The notes under the pieces are model-generated. The model saw only the letters and a list, made by a program, of their open reading frames with translations, was not told the origin of the DNA and made no database searches. From Tubiluchus corallicola (Eukaryota; Animalia; Priapulida): 64,000 nucleotides of DNA. Positions 52,901 to 64,000 of this stretch are shown piece after piece (within the stretch, counting starts at the first letter, position 1; every line of letters starts with the position of its first letter). The translations under genes and the position numbers were made by a program. The stretch spans positions 675,214 through 739,213 of the forward strand of contig JAQGDQ010000033.1 of the NCBI GenBank assembly GCA_030141605.1. The letters run 5' to 3'.

Positions 52901-54555
52901 TAAGGTAAATTGCGTATGATATTTTGTGATACCATTTTGCATACTGATATATTCTCAGCTCAGTGAATGTGCGAGATAACATTATGGTGGCCATTAACAC
53001 AGTTTCTGCTTCGCAAAAAATCAAATGTAAAAGGCATAACTAGTTCATAATATGATCCTAGGTGTGATAATGTCACAATCATTTACCGAACTTCCCTTTT
53101 GTTCAAGTGTCTATGTTAAATTAAAGAAGGCTTCGAAATTAAATACTTCAAGTATTTTATTAATGGTCCACATTCAGGACTAACCAATTAATATAATCTG
53201 TTTTTAGGCAAAGAAAACAGGAAAAGGTGGTGGTCGTAAAGGTAAAACGAAAGGCAGCGACTCAGAATCTGACGAAGGTTACATTCCCCGTCCTACTGCA
53301 AGACGGGGTGGTGAGGCAAGAAAAAAAGCAGCTTCCAAAAAGAAAGTTTCTCGTGAACCCTGTGATGATGGTAAAAGCTGTAAAAAGTGAGCAATAGTTT
53401 ATACTCAAATTGACAGTTGTATCCACAGTTCCTTTGTTTTTAGACTACCTCATCTAATTGTCTACAACCCTTTCTTTGTCATTGTGGGGTCTTTGAAAAA
53501 TTGTGTGCCTACAGTATCAAGAGTCTTTCCAACCTGCCATGTGTCAAAACTGCTTACGTCACGTGTGAATAGTCTTCAATCAAATGTGCTGTGTCTTAAA
53601 CCTCCTTGTGTCCGAAGGTCTTGGCATCAGACATGTCACATATCCAAACTTTCTTGTGTTGAGAATACCCAACACGATAATGCTGAACTCCAGAAGTTTC
53701 TATAGACACTTTTTTGGATCCAGCATTTGGTCATGTTGTCACTTTTATATTTCAAAGCTATCACGTGCCACACTGGTAGTTTTTGTCACAGGATAAATTT
53801 TTGCATGAAGACACTATGGACAGACTATAACAGAACCCAATTTTTCACTTTCCCAATGTGGCATTGAAAATGCCTGTTAAATGCATCACGCCCAGATCTT
53901 CCTGTTAAATTGTGCTTATTTAAGCATTACAAGACAAAAAACAAAGCATACTGTAAACTGCATAACTACTACAAGTATATAAAAAGTGTATTTCTGATAA
54001 CTTTAAATGGTATTGTAAATAACATAATTACTGAGATAGGTGGGCAGTTGTAACCTACATTTTACAAATACCTGCATGCTTGTTGCTTATTTGCTCCCAG
54101 CCACAGCCATTAAAAAGTTGCACTTATGTGACACAGCTGTGTCACTGAATTTCTCTTGCAAATAAATTTCATTCTAAATTTTCTTTTTGCTAAATGTATT
54201 CAGGTGCTCAAAGTGACATTAACTTGTTTAATCTTATTTTTGTGAATTGGTGGCTCTGTATGTCTTGCAGTGTTTGCCATTGCAGAGGTATTTGCATGAT
54301 AACACTGCTTTGCAAAAATCCTTACTGATCTAATAGAAACTAATGTAACTGTGGGCAACATATGGATTCAATGAATGTTTTGTTTTGATGGCAAAATAAG
54401 ACTGCATGACCCAATAATAATTTTACGATGTATTTTTCTATTTTAGGCGAGGAAAGCATCACTTGAAGGAGTATTCTCATCCTGGTGACTCTGATTTTGA
54501 AGATGAGGATGCAAGTGAGAGCGAGCCAGATGCTGAAGTTGAAGAGCAGGTGTGA
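43988..54555 (+). CDS. APLF: Aprataxin and PNK-like factor (APLF)-like protein: FHA + multiple AT-hooks/acidic region + one divergent PBZ finger; 9 coding exons, ~767 aa
   Basis: Exons 43988-44089, 44594-44668, 44790-44950, 45376-45521, 46474-46563, 47467-48768, 50652-50791, 53208-53386, 54447-54555 (2304 nt; intron 7 needs a GC donor). FHA: GKTTIGRGPLMNCQDKRVSRGHAILE..HVNPCFY..LYPGDKFSLL, matching the APLF FHA. C-terminal C-x5-C-x6-H-x5-H followed by PGDSD, as in APLF PBZ1. Orthologue versus paralogue is unresolved. Confidence 0.82.
48861..49856. mobile_element. hAT-family non-autonomous element in APLF-like intron 6
   Basis: TIR TAGGCTGACCA / TGGTTACCCTC; 8-bp TSD TCGGTGAC / TCAGTGAC (7/8). 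Confidence 0.72.
48990..49639. mobile_element. Tc1/pogo-like MITE nested in the hAT element
   Basis: TA|CAGTCAAAC ... GTTTGACTG|TA. Confidence 0.7.
50930..51010 (+). repeat. Degenerate 5S-rRNA-like fragment, copy 2
   Basis: GCTAAGCAAC..ACCTGGTTAATGAATGGAAGGG..GCTATCC..CTGCTGTAG; shares GTTAATGAATGG..GCTATCC with 7716-7780. Confidence 0.4.
51253..52343. mobile_element. Kolobok-like non-autonomous element, copy 2, in APLF-like intron 7
   Basis: TTAA|AGCAGCACTT ... CAGTGCTG|TTAA; internal blocks homologous to 10557-11972 in the same orientation. Confidence 0.65.
52826..52912 (+). other. 87-nt near-perfect hairpin (candidate pre-miRNA or palindromic MITE relic)
   Basis: 40-bp stem CAATTTACTTTACAGACTACATGTCTTGAATGGTATGAAA paired with TTTTATACCATTGAAGATGTGTAGTCTGTAAGGTAAATTG; short loop. 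Confidence 0.6.
53500..53680. repeat. Degenerate fragment resembling the foldback arm array at 30780-31105
   Basis: TGTGTCAAAAC, TGTGTCTTAAAC, TGTGTCCGAAG, TATCCAAAC spaced ~20-40 bp apart. Confidence 0.45.
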
Positions 54556-57080
54556 ACTAGAACAGCGCTGCGAGTTGCGTCTCATTAAATACAAGAATGT
54601 CATGTATACCCATCGACCCTTTGTAGATATTCTTTCCACATTTGTGTAAAATACACGAGTATTATTATCTAGGCATTCGCATGTTGGTTATGTTCTATGT
54701 ATGTGTGAATTATGTGCAAGTAATCGTTTTTATTGTAAATGCGTTTGTGTAGCTAAATTTATTTGTTTTAGTTCAAGTTAAGTCTCACATTTTATTTTTT
54801 ACAAGATTTTGCAAATTCTGTGTCAGTTTTGGCTGTACACAGCTTACATGCAGTTCTAGGATTTATCTCGTTTAGACTTTTTTGACACTTACCTACATGA
54901 AGACTTGTAATAAAAACTTTAGCAAATTTGTTTTTAGTTTTCTCTTTACTAATGTGAAGTTTACCACTTCATTCCACCTAAGGCAGTTTTCAGTTGCCTT
55001 AACAACACAGTGTTTGTTTTAATGTAATCTGCTGAATGGTAGTTTAATTACAATACAACAGATCCCACTTTTAAACACAATATGTGTATATTTAAATAAT
55101 TTAAGCAAATCAGTTTGGTTCAAACACATCATATCATATGTTACTAATAGGTCTTGCCACTCATACATCGTTTTATGTACATTTTAATGCTCACATTTAA
55201 GTCATAACATTTTTAATTTGCTGTATGACATTTACTGCAAAAATTGCATGTAACAAGTACATAAGTTAGTATATGGTGAAGTATTAGTTTATCGTGGATA
55301 AACTGTAATTATTATGAGGAACTCAGTGTTGAAATTAGAATACAAACTTCATTTTCATTGGAATTCGTTTTTATTTAGCACTTAATATTACTGCTTGGTA
55401 TACTAATATTGTCACGTTCTATATTGACATCAAACGAAAAGTCATATAGCGTTATGTACAAAGCCTAATATATATTATATTATATAATACTTAAATGCGT
55501 GGATCTTCTTGTATCAGTTAGTTTAGCAGATGAAGTGGCTAGTAGCTACTAAAATTTTTTCACTGTCTTGCTCGTGTTCACTTTTTTGCAAAACATATAC
55601 CGGGCAATATTGATTTAAAACTGTATTTACAGAAATTGTAGTAAATGTATAGTGTAGTGCACTTGATGTAATAAACCTGTTTGTCTAGTATATTTGTAGA
55701 TTGTAAATTTTACTTCAGACATTATTGTGAACAACTATAAAGGCATATTGTGCACAAATGTATGTTAACCTTCATATAAGCCGTACAAAATAAACATGAA
55801 TTTATTTTATAAAAGTTATATGTTTAAGGGCTGATAATCTTCTGTAACACTGCAAATAATTTGGAATTATTTTTCAACTAGACATAAATGCAGTCATAGA
55901 TACAGTAATCTCCGAATATCTCACAATTTCACAGGTACCGTCTTTTGACTAGCAGCATATAACTACTGTGAAAAATTAGTAAATGCTGTTTATTAAACTA
56001 TCTTATTAAGAATTGTTTTCTCTTCTATTAAATTGGAACTTATCAACATGTTTCATTGTTTTGTTCACTTACTGTGCTGTATATCTAATGCTCATAATTT
56101 ATAATATTATATTGCTTTGTATCTTGCTTTATGTGTCTATGTATTGAATAAAAAATTGCCCAATTAAACTGTAACTACTAATCTCCAAAAATGCTGCATT
56201 TCCTCCTAGTTCTCAGCAGCAGGAAGGTTTCAAATGAGAATTGGCAAATTTTCAAACACAAATAAAAATGCCTAAATAACATTTGAATGGTACACAAAAA
56301 TTTAATAAATGCTTTTTAGCCAACATTCATTGGTAAAAACATTCTTGTTTCAATGAGTACACTCTAACTAGAACATGTTTTTAAAACGAAATTACGATAA
56401 ACAATAATACATTCCATCTAGAATCCCTATTCATGCATTTCCTATATATCTGTGCAGTAAACACTTCTAGTATGTTAACCAAAATTGTCACTTCTTATGA
56501 CAAACATATGAATAGCAAACTAATTTTACAGTCGGCACTTTTAATCATTCAAGCATCTAGCCAATTTTCTGTACATTTGCACCTTCACACTTCACCTAAT
56601 TAGCTAAAGTGGCAAACTATTTCAATAGCACCAAATCAGCTACTTATAAAAGATCTGTTTTGCAGATAAGATCACAAAACTATTCTCTGGCCCATTCATA
56701 CAGTATTTGATCGCACTTCATCACTTTTTGAAAAACTAAAATAATGAAAAAGGTCAGAAATGTTACTTTTTTGCAGTCAAATGAGTGAAATGTTACACCT
56801 TAAAAAATAAACTACCATTGCTGGGTGTTCCAGAAAAAACAGTGCATTAAAAATATGGTGACGTGCATGTACTGCAATGCACAAAAACCTAGTTATATGG
56901 TAGGAATGACTACAATCACTTACTATATGAAGATAAAGCAAAGAAGCTGAACTCCAAAAAGTCAACTTCATTAAACCTGTGCATGTAAAAACATGAATTT
57001 CGCACTCAATCGCATTTCTTTGAATTTCATTGAAATTTGTACGAAATACGCGTATATCTAATGAACTATATCTAACAGAA

Positions 57081-60000
57081 CTATATAAAATTTACGTCTT
57101 CCATTTCCACAGGCTCTCTATTGAAAACAGCAGCTAACATATGCTTCGGAATTTCTGAACCACGCACTTTTAAATTATAGCACGCAGTCTCAACTTTCTG
57201 CAGGCTCTGTTTTAATGTAAACATTTTTCTGCCAATCTCCTTTGAAGAACACGTACCGACTGCAAGAAATCCGTTAGATATTTGTCGCAAAAATGCACAT
57301 AATTCAAATGGAAGTTCTATATCACCAGTTCCAAGGCTGGTTATAGCCAATCGCATTAATTCACCAGTCATATCAGCAATTCCCAGCATGTATTCAGCTT
57401 GCGGTAGAGGTAGTTTCATGAACTCGGTGATATGTGAGTCTCCTTGTGCTTCAACCTACATAAACATAATTTTAGCTGTGGACAACATTTTTTGATTTTT
57501 TTTAGAAAAATTACTGCATCGTGAAAATACATGGTTAATGAATAATTTCCCTATTGCTCCATGTTAACATTTACTAAGAAACATTTACAGAATTATTTAC
57601 AGATGCAGTTTTACAGACTGTGTCATTAATTTATACTTCAATACAAGATTAGAAATGGCAATTTTGCAAAACCAAATGAAATGTTATTTAAACCATTGCA
57701 AAAGGTAATGTTTCAATCTGCTTATCATAAAGATTTAGATGCATCATAGTCGTGCTAACAATATCAATCTACCTGACAAACTACCATTTCTGTACACATT
57801 GTTCATAAATGAAATATATTAATGTTTAGATATAATTGTGAATATGATTACAAACGAATTTACCTACCAAGCTTTCCAAAGGTTCTTGCTTTGCAAACTG
57901 TAATCTCTCTTGAACAGCAGTGAAGCTAATGAGAGAGGCAGTTTTCAAATAGTGACAAAGTGACAAAGCCTCTATATACTCTTGCAAGCCTGCAAGTGCC
58001 AGACTGTTATTAAAATATACATGCAAAGCATACCACACTATCGCTAAATAAGAGGATATTGTAAATCTCTTTACTGATCTAAATGCATGTAATATAATTA
58101 ACAGCATTAGCTGCACTATGATTGCTAAAATTTTAAGCTTTATGAACTCTATTCACAATATGTAGTGTTGTTTACGCTGGATGCGTAGTTTACAAATACA
58201 CCAAATGAGATACCAACTTTCATTAACCAGATAACATGTGGGAATACTTATATTGAAAATGCCATTCAAGTGGCATTCAAGTATTGTTGATGTGTATGTC
58301 AAAATGATGTCGTTGTGAATCGCAGACTTTCAACGCAAAATACAATGCTGTCATTTGATAATAACGATATGGTGCATGGGTAACAGATTCAAAGCAAAAC
58401 CGCTACGCTAGTGTATTAGCGCATGATGAACGTAGCTCCTTACAAACAAAACGGTAATTAACATGATTGTTTCTGCATACATAGTGCATAAAAAGGAAGT
58501 AAAGATGACATAAAAACAGGAAAGGCTCTTTAGAAACATACAAAAGTCTTATTTTAAGTACGTGAAGGAAAAATATTGAGTCAATCATGCGGAGTTATTT
58601 GCATCAATTACCAATAGTTTTTATGTATATTTGAATAGAAGCGGCCCGTTCCATTTGTTTTTGAGTCAATTAAGCGACTGAGTCTATTAACGTTGAGTCT
58701 ATTAAGCAGTGCCTACTGTAATTTGGCTAAGCCAACGTGCACTTTCACTTAGAACGATAATATAAGCAGCCTGCAAGCTCTACAAAACAATAATCATTAA
58801 ACATACCAGGTGAAATGGCGTGCAAATATAAATAAAAGTCTTCGTTTTCCAGCTGCTGAGCAATTTTCTTTATGTGGTTACGTTCAATTTCGGTAAGCTT
58901 CTCCTCTGCTTCTTGCAGAATGCTTTGTGAATCCAAACAACTACATAAAACAAAAAAGCAAAACAATATTTAATGTACGTAAAAACTAAAAACAATGTGC
59001 GACAACACTCAATGGACTTCCTTCTCAGTTATATTATAATTTACTTACAGACAGGGCCGGTAATAAGCCCATTTGACCGAATTCTTCAAATTGGGCTCCG
59101 CGCTAAGAGGGGTCCTGCGCACACGCTGAACCCAAGGGTGCTATAATGAATTAATGAGTGTCCAGCATGCACAAAGTTTCTTGGTAATGTGAGTGTACTG
59201 AAACTATTCAGTTTGACATTGTATATCTATGTTTCAATGTTTTTTACTGATCATTTGTTTATTTGTTTTGTAATTTCAGTTTATCATCCCCATTAATGGC
59301 AAGCCCTAATGCATTAGTTGTGCCAAGCACAGGGTTTCAGACTGCATCCAAGGTAACAAGGTTTGGCATGCCACGGCGTTTCCTAATGTTTTTATTGTGT
59401 TGAGGATTTACTTGACAAGACCCGTAATAATCGCAATCAGATGAAAGAAGTTTTTCAAAACTGAAACTGAATAAAACATACCTACTGTCAACAATTTCAC
59501 AAGGCAGACTAAATAATTTGGCACTGCTATCTGTAAAAAATGACTTTGCATAAACCATTGTCTTCAAAATAATTTTTGAGAGATTTCTCGAATAAAAAGC
59601 CAGAACAGTCTGTTTTTAGAAGGGACATGTTAACAGTTTTCTAATTGGGCCCCTCACTTCCTAACACCAACCCTAATTACAGATATTATTTAGCCTATAA
59701 AAAACATTGTATTCTACACAAAAACATAGTTTCAAAATTCAATTTATTAAATTTACAAGAGAAAATCATGTAAAAGAAAAATGATTTTTACAATTTTTAA
59801 TTCTAAAGAATTTTATGATTTTTATGCTAAAAAATGATTTTTCCTGTTCATGTCACCTGAGAAAAATGTGGAAAGTGGTATAACAAAGCAAAAACCTTAA
59901 TAAACTTGAAAAAAAAACAATTTCGTTCTTACCCAGCAACTCTGTGGAGTAGGAATATCACTCTTTTACTTTCAATTGTGACATCACGACTGTACCTGAT

Positions 60001-61237
60001 CAATTGTTCATATTTATCATACTTGAAATCAAGCTCAGCCTGGAACCCTCGAAATGCTATTATTAGAGGTGATGATTCATTTACATCTATGCTTTTGTCT
60101 GTCGACTGATCCTGTAGTGCTCTTCGTTTTCCGTATCTGCCATGCTTTTGCTTATCTACAGTATAACAAATTTAATAAAAGTTAGGCTATTGCATAAAAG
60201 ATTTTGTTAATTTTAATGAGAAGAGACCAGCGGGCCACAAGCGGAAAACCTTTACAGACGTATAAAAGCCAAACTATGAGTGAGGACAGTAAGCTCAAGA
60301 AGACATTAAACTGTACTTTGGGGATTTTTATTTTCAATCTTGTAATTTATTTATTTGCATTTAACAATAACAGTGCAAAATTCAAAAATGCTGGGAATAT
60401 TAGCATCCCTGCTAACACACATGCAGAAGCAAAAACTAAATTCTGCACTACAAGTTCTGCAGTAAAATTATTAGTTACATCCTAGAAAAGGCAGGTGACT
60501 TATAAAGCCTTTTTTTCATAATTATCAATTCAAATAAATGACATAAATTATTATAGTAATAATATTACACTATTAGTAATATACGTAAGCTACCTGAAGC
60601 TTTCAGATAACTAGAAAGATAATTTTTGCTAATTCGGCTAAAAATGAAGCAAGAATGGGAATTCTAACTGGTGTAACCGTTACTTAGCCATGTTTTCTAC
60701 GTATCCATATTAATGAAACCTTGTAACTTTTCTGCGTTGGCGTACGCAGTTAGCAATGTCCCACTTACATAAAATTGTATTATTTACAACACTATTTCAA
60801 TTAATCTGGTTGCCTAAGAAGCATCTCAACAGTAAATTGCAAAAACTTTTTTCAATTGCGTACGTTACAAGGATGTCACCATGTTGGACATTCTAGCTAG
60901 CACATGCTAGATTTGAACCGCACCGTGCTAGACATGTGTATTCGATATATATGACGTCATCGGGAATGGTTAACTGACCGCAATTAATAATGTTTAAATG
61001 GTTAGTTAAAAAGCCTAACCATTACAACTCTAGTACCAACTAGGTTAGCCAAGGTGCACGTAACTAACTGCACATGATACCACAGGGTGTATATGGACTA
61101 GACCAAATATCACACGCCGCGGTATGCTTCGAAGTGCCAACACCAAATATGCCCTAGTTCTGATGAGTTTAAACCTTTACCAATGTATAGAGAAGAGAGA
61201 AAAATTCGGTCTTACCTGCTTTACCTCGTGAAGTCAT
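57081..61237 (-). CDS. TSNAX: Translin-associated protein X (TRAX, catalytic subunit of C3PO), 5 coding exons, ~291 aa
   Basis: Exons 61237-61216, 60155-59933, 58940-58807, 57989-57868, 57455-57081 (876 nt). Motifs [87 protein letters not shown]; acidic catalytic residues (QEYIE, D..GE) are intact. Confidence 0.96.
59052..59675 (+). mobile_element. Internally deleted hAT transposon retaining a decayed transposase dimerisation domain
   Basis: CAGGGCCGGT ... ACCAACCCTA termini, TSD CTTACAGA/ATTACAGA; 59376-59545 reads [20 protein letters not shown]/(frameshift)[33 protein letters not shown], the hAT C-terminal motif. Confidence 0.85.
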
Positions 61238-61408
61238 TTTAGTCGAAACGTAACTACAGGCAGTATACTGTTTTCATCAAAGTCTAAGCTGTCTTGCTCT
61301 ATAATGATTATCAGCTATCACAGTAACGATCACACAATTATTAGGCATACTACTCAATGGCAGACTGTGGCAATACATTTGTAATATAACTGATTATTCA
61401 GCTTGACT

Positions 61409-62050
61409 TCATCATTATATGCCCATTATGTCTATTGTAGACACTGGGCAGGCAGAATACTAAAATAAAAAAATGTCCTCAAAAAGCCTTAAGAGCCGTT
61501 TAGATGATTAGTTTTTTCGTTTGTCAGTTTTAGTTTGCCAAATAAACTTTGATGGCATCAAGCCATCTTGAATTCATCAAACAAAAACTATCAAACTCAG
61601 ACCCAACAGCCAATAGAGTCAAGTGCTCATCACAGCATAGTGACTATTCATTTTCGGGCGAGATCCTGGGAATTTTGCTTTCAATTTCTCGTTGTAGCTA
61701 TTTTTTCATCCAACCTTTTAACACTTTGTTTTCCAATTTCTTCTTTTTTAATTGTTCAATCCGAAGTTAGCCCAATAGACAACAAAGCACGTCTGTATAT
61801 TGGTACCATAGTTTGACTTACACCCCTTGTTGAATAGTTATTGCCAGAGTTTGACTAAATAAAGTTTCACGTCGTCTAAACACGCGTCAGTTTTTATATT
61901 AACAGCTTTTGTTGTCAGTCTTAGTTTGACAGTTTATAAACTGATCCTGTAAACGGATGTCCTATTGGACAAATAAAAACAGTCATCATCATCATACGCC
62001 CGCCACGTCTATTGTAGACATTGGGCAGGCAGAATTCTAAAATAAAAGAA
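61409..62050. repeat. ~65-bp direct repeat pair upstream of TSNAX
   Basis: TCATCAT.ATA.GCCC...GTCTATTGTAGACA.TGGGCAGGCAGAAT.CTAAAATAAAA at ~61409-61473 and ~61986-62050. Confidence 0.85.
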
Positions 62051-62987
62051 ATCTGCCTTACACAGGTAAACGCAGCAGTAAGAAACTAGACACTGCTACG
62101 CCAATGGCTTGTCAGCACCACTTCCGATTAAAAACACAGTGCGCTTGATTTATAAAACGCAAATACAAGAAATCTTTAAATTGCTGTTTCCGTAAATTCA
62201 CGTTGAATGTAAGTTCCTAACTCTCCATGCTTTCATCGTCCGTTATAATAATAAGCGAACCTGAGCAAACCATGAAGCACAGAATACTAATAATCATTAT
62301 TACGCAATTATTACAAATTTAATAATATTAAACTTGTCTTGTTTTTCAATCTAATATCCTTTATTTTTCACGTCTTTTAGATTTTCATACGCGCTGCTGC
62401 GTACGTAATGAGTCCATATTTGTTCTCACTAAAAGAGATTTACGCTCTATACTGCATCATGCAACACGCTAATTTATTTTAATTTATTAAACCGTCTTTT
62501 AGAATTTCTTCACGAATCACCACACATAATGATTTATCTTTGTAATTTGTTCAATCATGTTTTGTCCATTTTAATAGCGTCTTCATCAGCATAAATACAT
62601 GAATTAATTACATAATTTATGATTAGTTAATAGTTATGTGATTTAACAGATTTGTCAATGCAATCAAGTAAAATTAATTCCTCTCAAGATGTATAAAGCA
62701 GTATACATGTGATAAAATTTCACGACAGACAAAAAAATTAAAGATACAGAATACGAATATAAAATTAGCTTTATTGCTCAAGATCTCAAGCCGAATGGCA
62801 TGTGGATAGACTTTTGTATAAAACTAGCAAGCCTACAGCATTCACCTTTACAGACAAAAAGCCAAATTGGAATAATTGCATTACCGCATGCGTTCTGTTT
62901 TATACATGTCCATTTGCATTACTGGGCTTCTCAATCATACCCATTAGTAACATTTCGGGATTGGTCAAAATCTGCCTTCGTAACATT

Positions 62988-63835
62988 AATTATTATTATT
63001 ATTTGCGCACCAGACGTCGTTTGAGTACTGGCATTGTAGGCCACGCGATTTACGCATCCCCAATTCTCTCATGCTCAAATGTCCCTATACCCAAGCTCTT
63101 TGGCCTGAGTGGCCATACACTGTACTCAAAGTATACCCAAGTATTCATACTCAAGTATCCCGTGCCTAAATGCCATGTTCCTTCTCAGACACCATTTAAA
63201 ACTATTGACAAATAGTGCATCAACAGCTGCAACTGGTAATTTGTTCCAAGAGTTGACGATACGGGGCGTAACAAACGGGATCGAATATTGGTTCGTGTAA
63301 ATAGTTTGGAGGAATGTCCACGGAGTTGTCTAGGAAAGTGTGAAGAGAAATCTTTCCGGAAGATGGGTAATGATCCCTCGGTAATCCTAGCCTTGACAAT
63401 TTTGTGGGAATTGATGAGAACAACATCTCTGTCTCCGCTATTCTAAAGTTGATATCGTAGAAAGGTCAGCATCCTCAGCTACTTGAACACATCGGTTGTG
63501 TTTTTTTCCAGTTCAGAGCGGAATACTGCTCTACAAGACTACTAAAATTTACACACGAATTGCACAACAGCTTTATACAGTGAAATGATTCCTGGATGTG
63601 ATACAACGTTTAATCGTACCAATATGTTGAATTACTTGTGAAATAATATTTCTTATTTAAGCGCTCCAGTTTAAGCCATTCGTTATTGTAGCACCAAGAT
63701 CTTTTATAAAATAGATTATCCACAATCTTTAAGATAATGTGGAGTTCAACTCTTAGAGCGGATACACAAAAGATGGCTTTTTGTTAAGTTCCAATAATCA
63801 TTCTTCACACCGTCTTTCAATATTGTGAAGGTTAA
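62988..63835 (-). mobile_element. 5'-truncated CR1/L2-group LINE 3' end with (AAT)n tail
   Basis: Minus strand: KDLGATITNGLNWSA*I..IGTIKRCI, LYKAVV, PRIVNSWNKLPVAAVDALFVNSFK, then a 3' UTR ending AATAATAATAAT. Confidence 0.78.
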
Positions 63836-64000
63836 ATTGTATATATATATATATATATATAAACAAGGCTAATCATATGTATAATATATATGCCTACTAG
63901 ATGGACAAGCACAACAAAAGTGTATAAAATGTGTGCAATGTGTGAGTTTAAGATGCTAATAAGTATAAATTAGTATATTTAAATACAATAAACTGTATTT

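Noticed and set aside
54556-57080. Second PBZ exon or extra gene between APLF-like and TSNAX
   Set aside because: No CxYGxxCYR-like coding or credible exon seen; looks like convergent AT-rich 3' UTRs.
58590-58720. Tc1/pogo-like right ends (..CTACTGTA; a similar one near 15083)
   Set aside because: No matching left TIR found; truncated relics at best.
6090-61215. Intronic snoRNAs, tRNAs or snRNAs
   Set aside because: Only isolated TGATGA/CTGA words without terminal stems or guide evidence, and no cloverleaf recognised; a covariance-model scan is needed to exclude them properly.
62802-63215. 137-aa plus-strand ORF
   Set aside because: Largely antisense to a LINE 3' end; no domain evidence.

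Overview
AT-rich, intron-rich animal (invertebrate-like) genomic DNA, not prokaryotic; the species cannot be determined from the sequence. Most ORF-track entries are exon fragments or noise. Manual, phase-consistent splicing gives six protein-coding genes: the 5' part of TMEM59 (-, absent from the ORF track), NAA40 (+), a small acidic/coiled-coil/C-terminal-TM protein (CCDC167-like, +), FUT8 (-), an APLF-like FHA protein (+) and TSNAX/TRAX (-). Introns and intergenic DNA carry decayed non-LTR retrotransposons and many non-autonomous DNA transposons (hAT, Tc1/pogo, Kolobok-like, foldback-like), several of them nested. The most unusual item is the ~767-aa APLF-like protein. It joins an APLF FHA domain to an HMGA-like multi-AT-hook/acidic exon, has an APLF-type acidic motif before (not after) a single PBZ finger that keeps its Zn ligands but lacks the PAR-binding Tyr/Arg residues, and shows no visible Ku-binding motif. 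The same gene has a probable GC-AG intron containing a strand-asymmetric 87-nt hairpin. All homology calls are from remembered protein sequences, not database searches.
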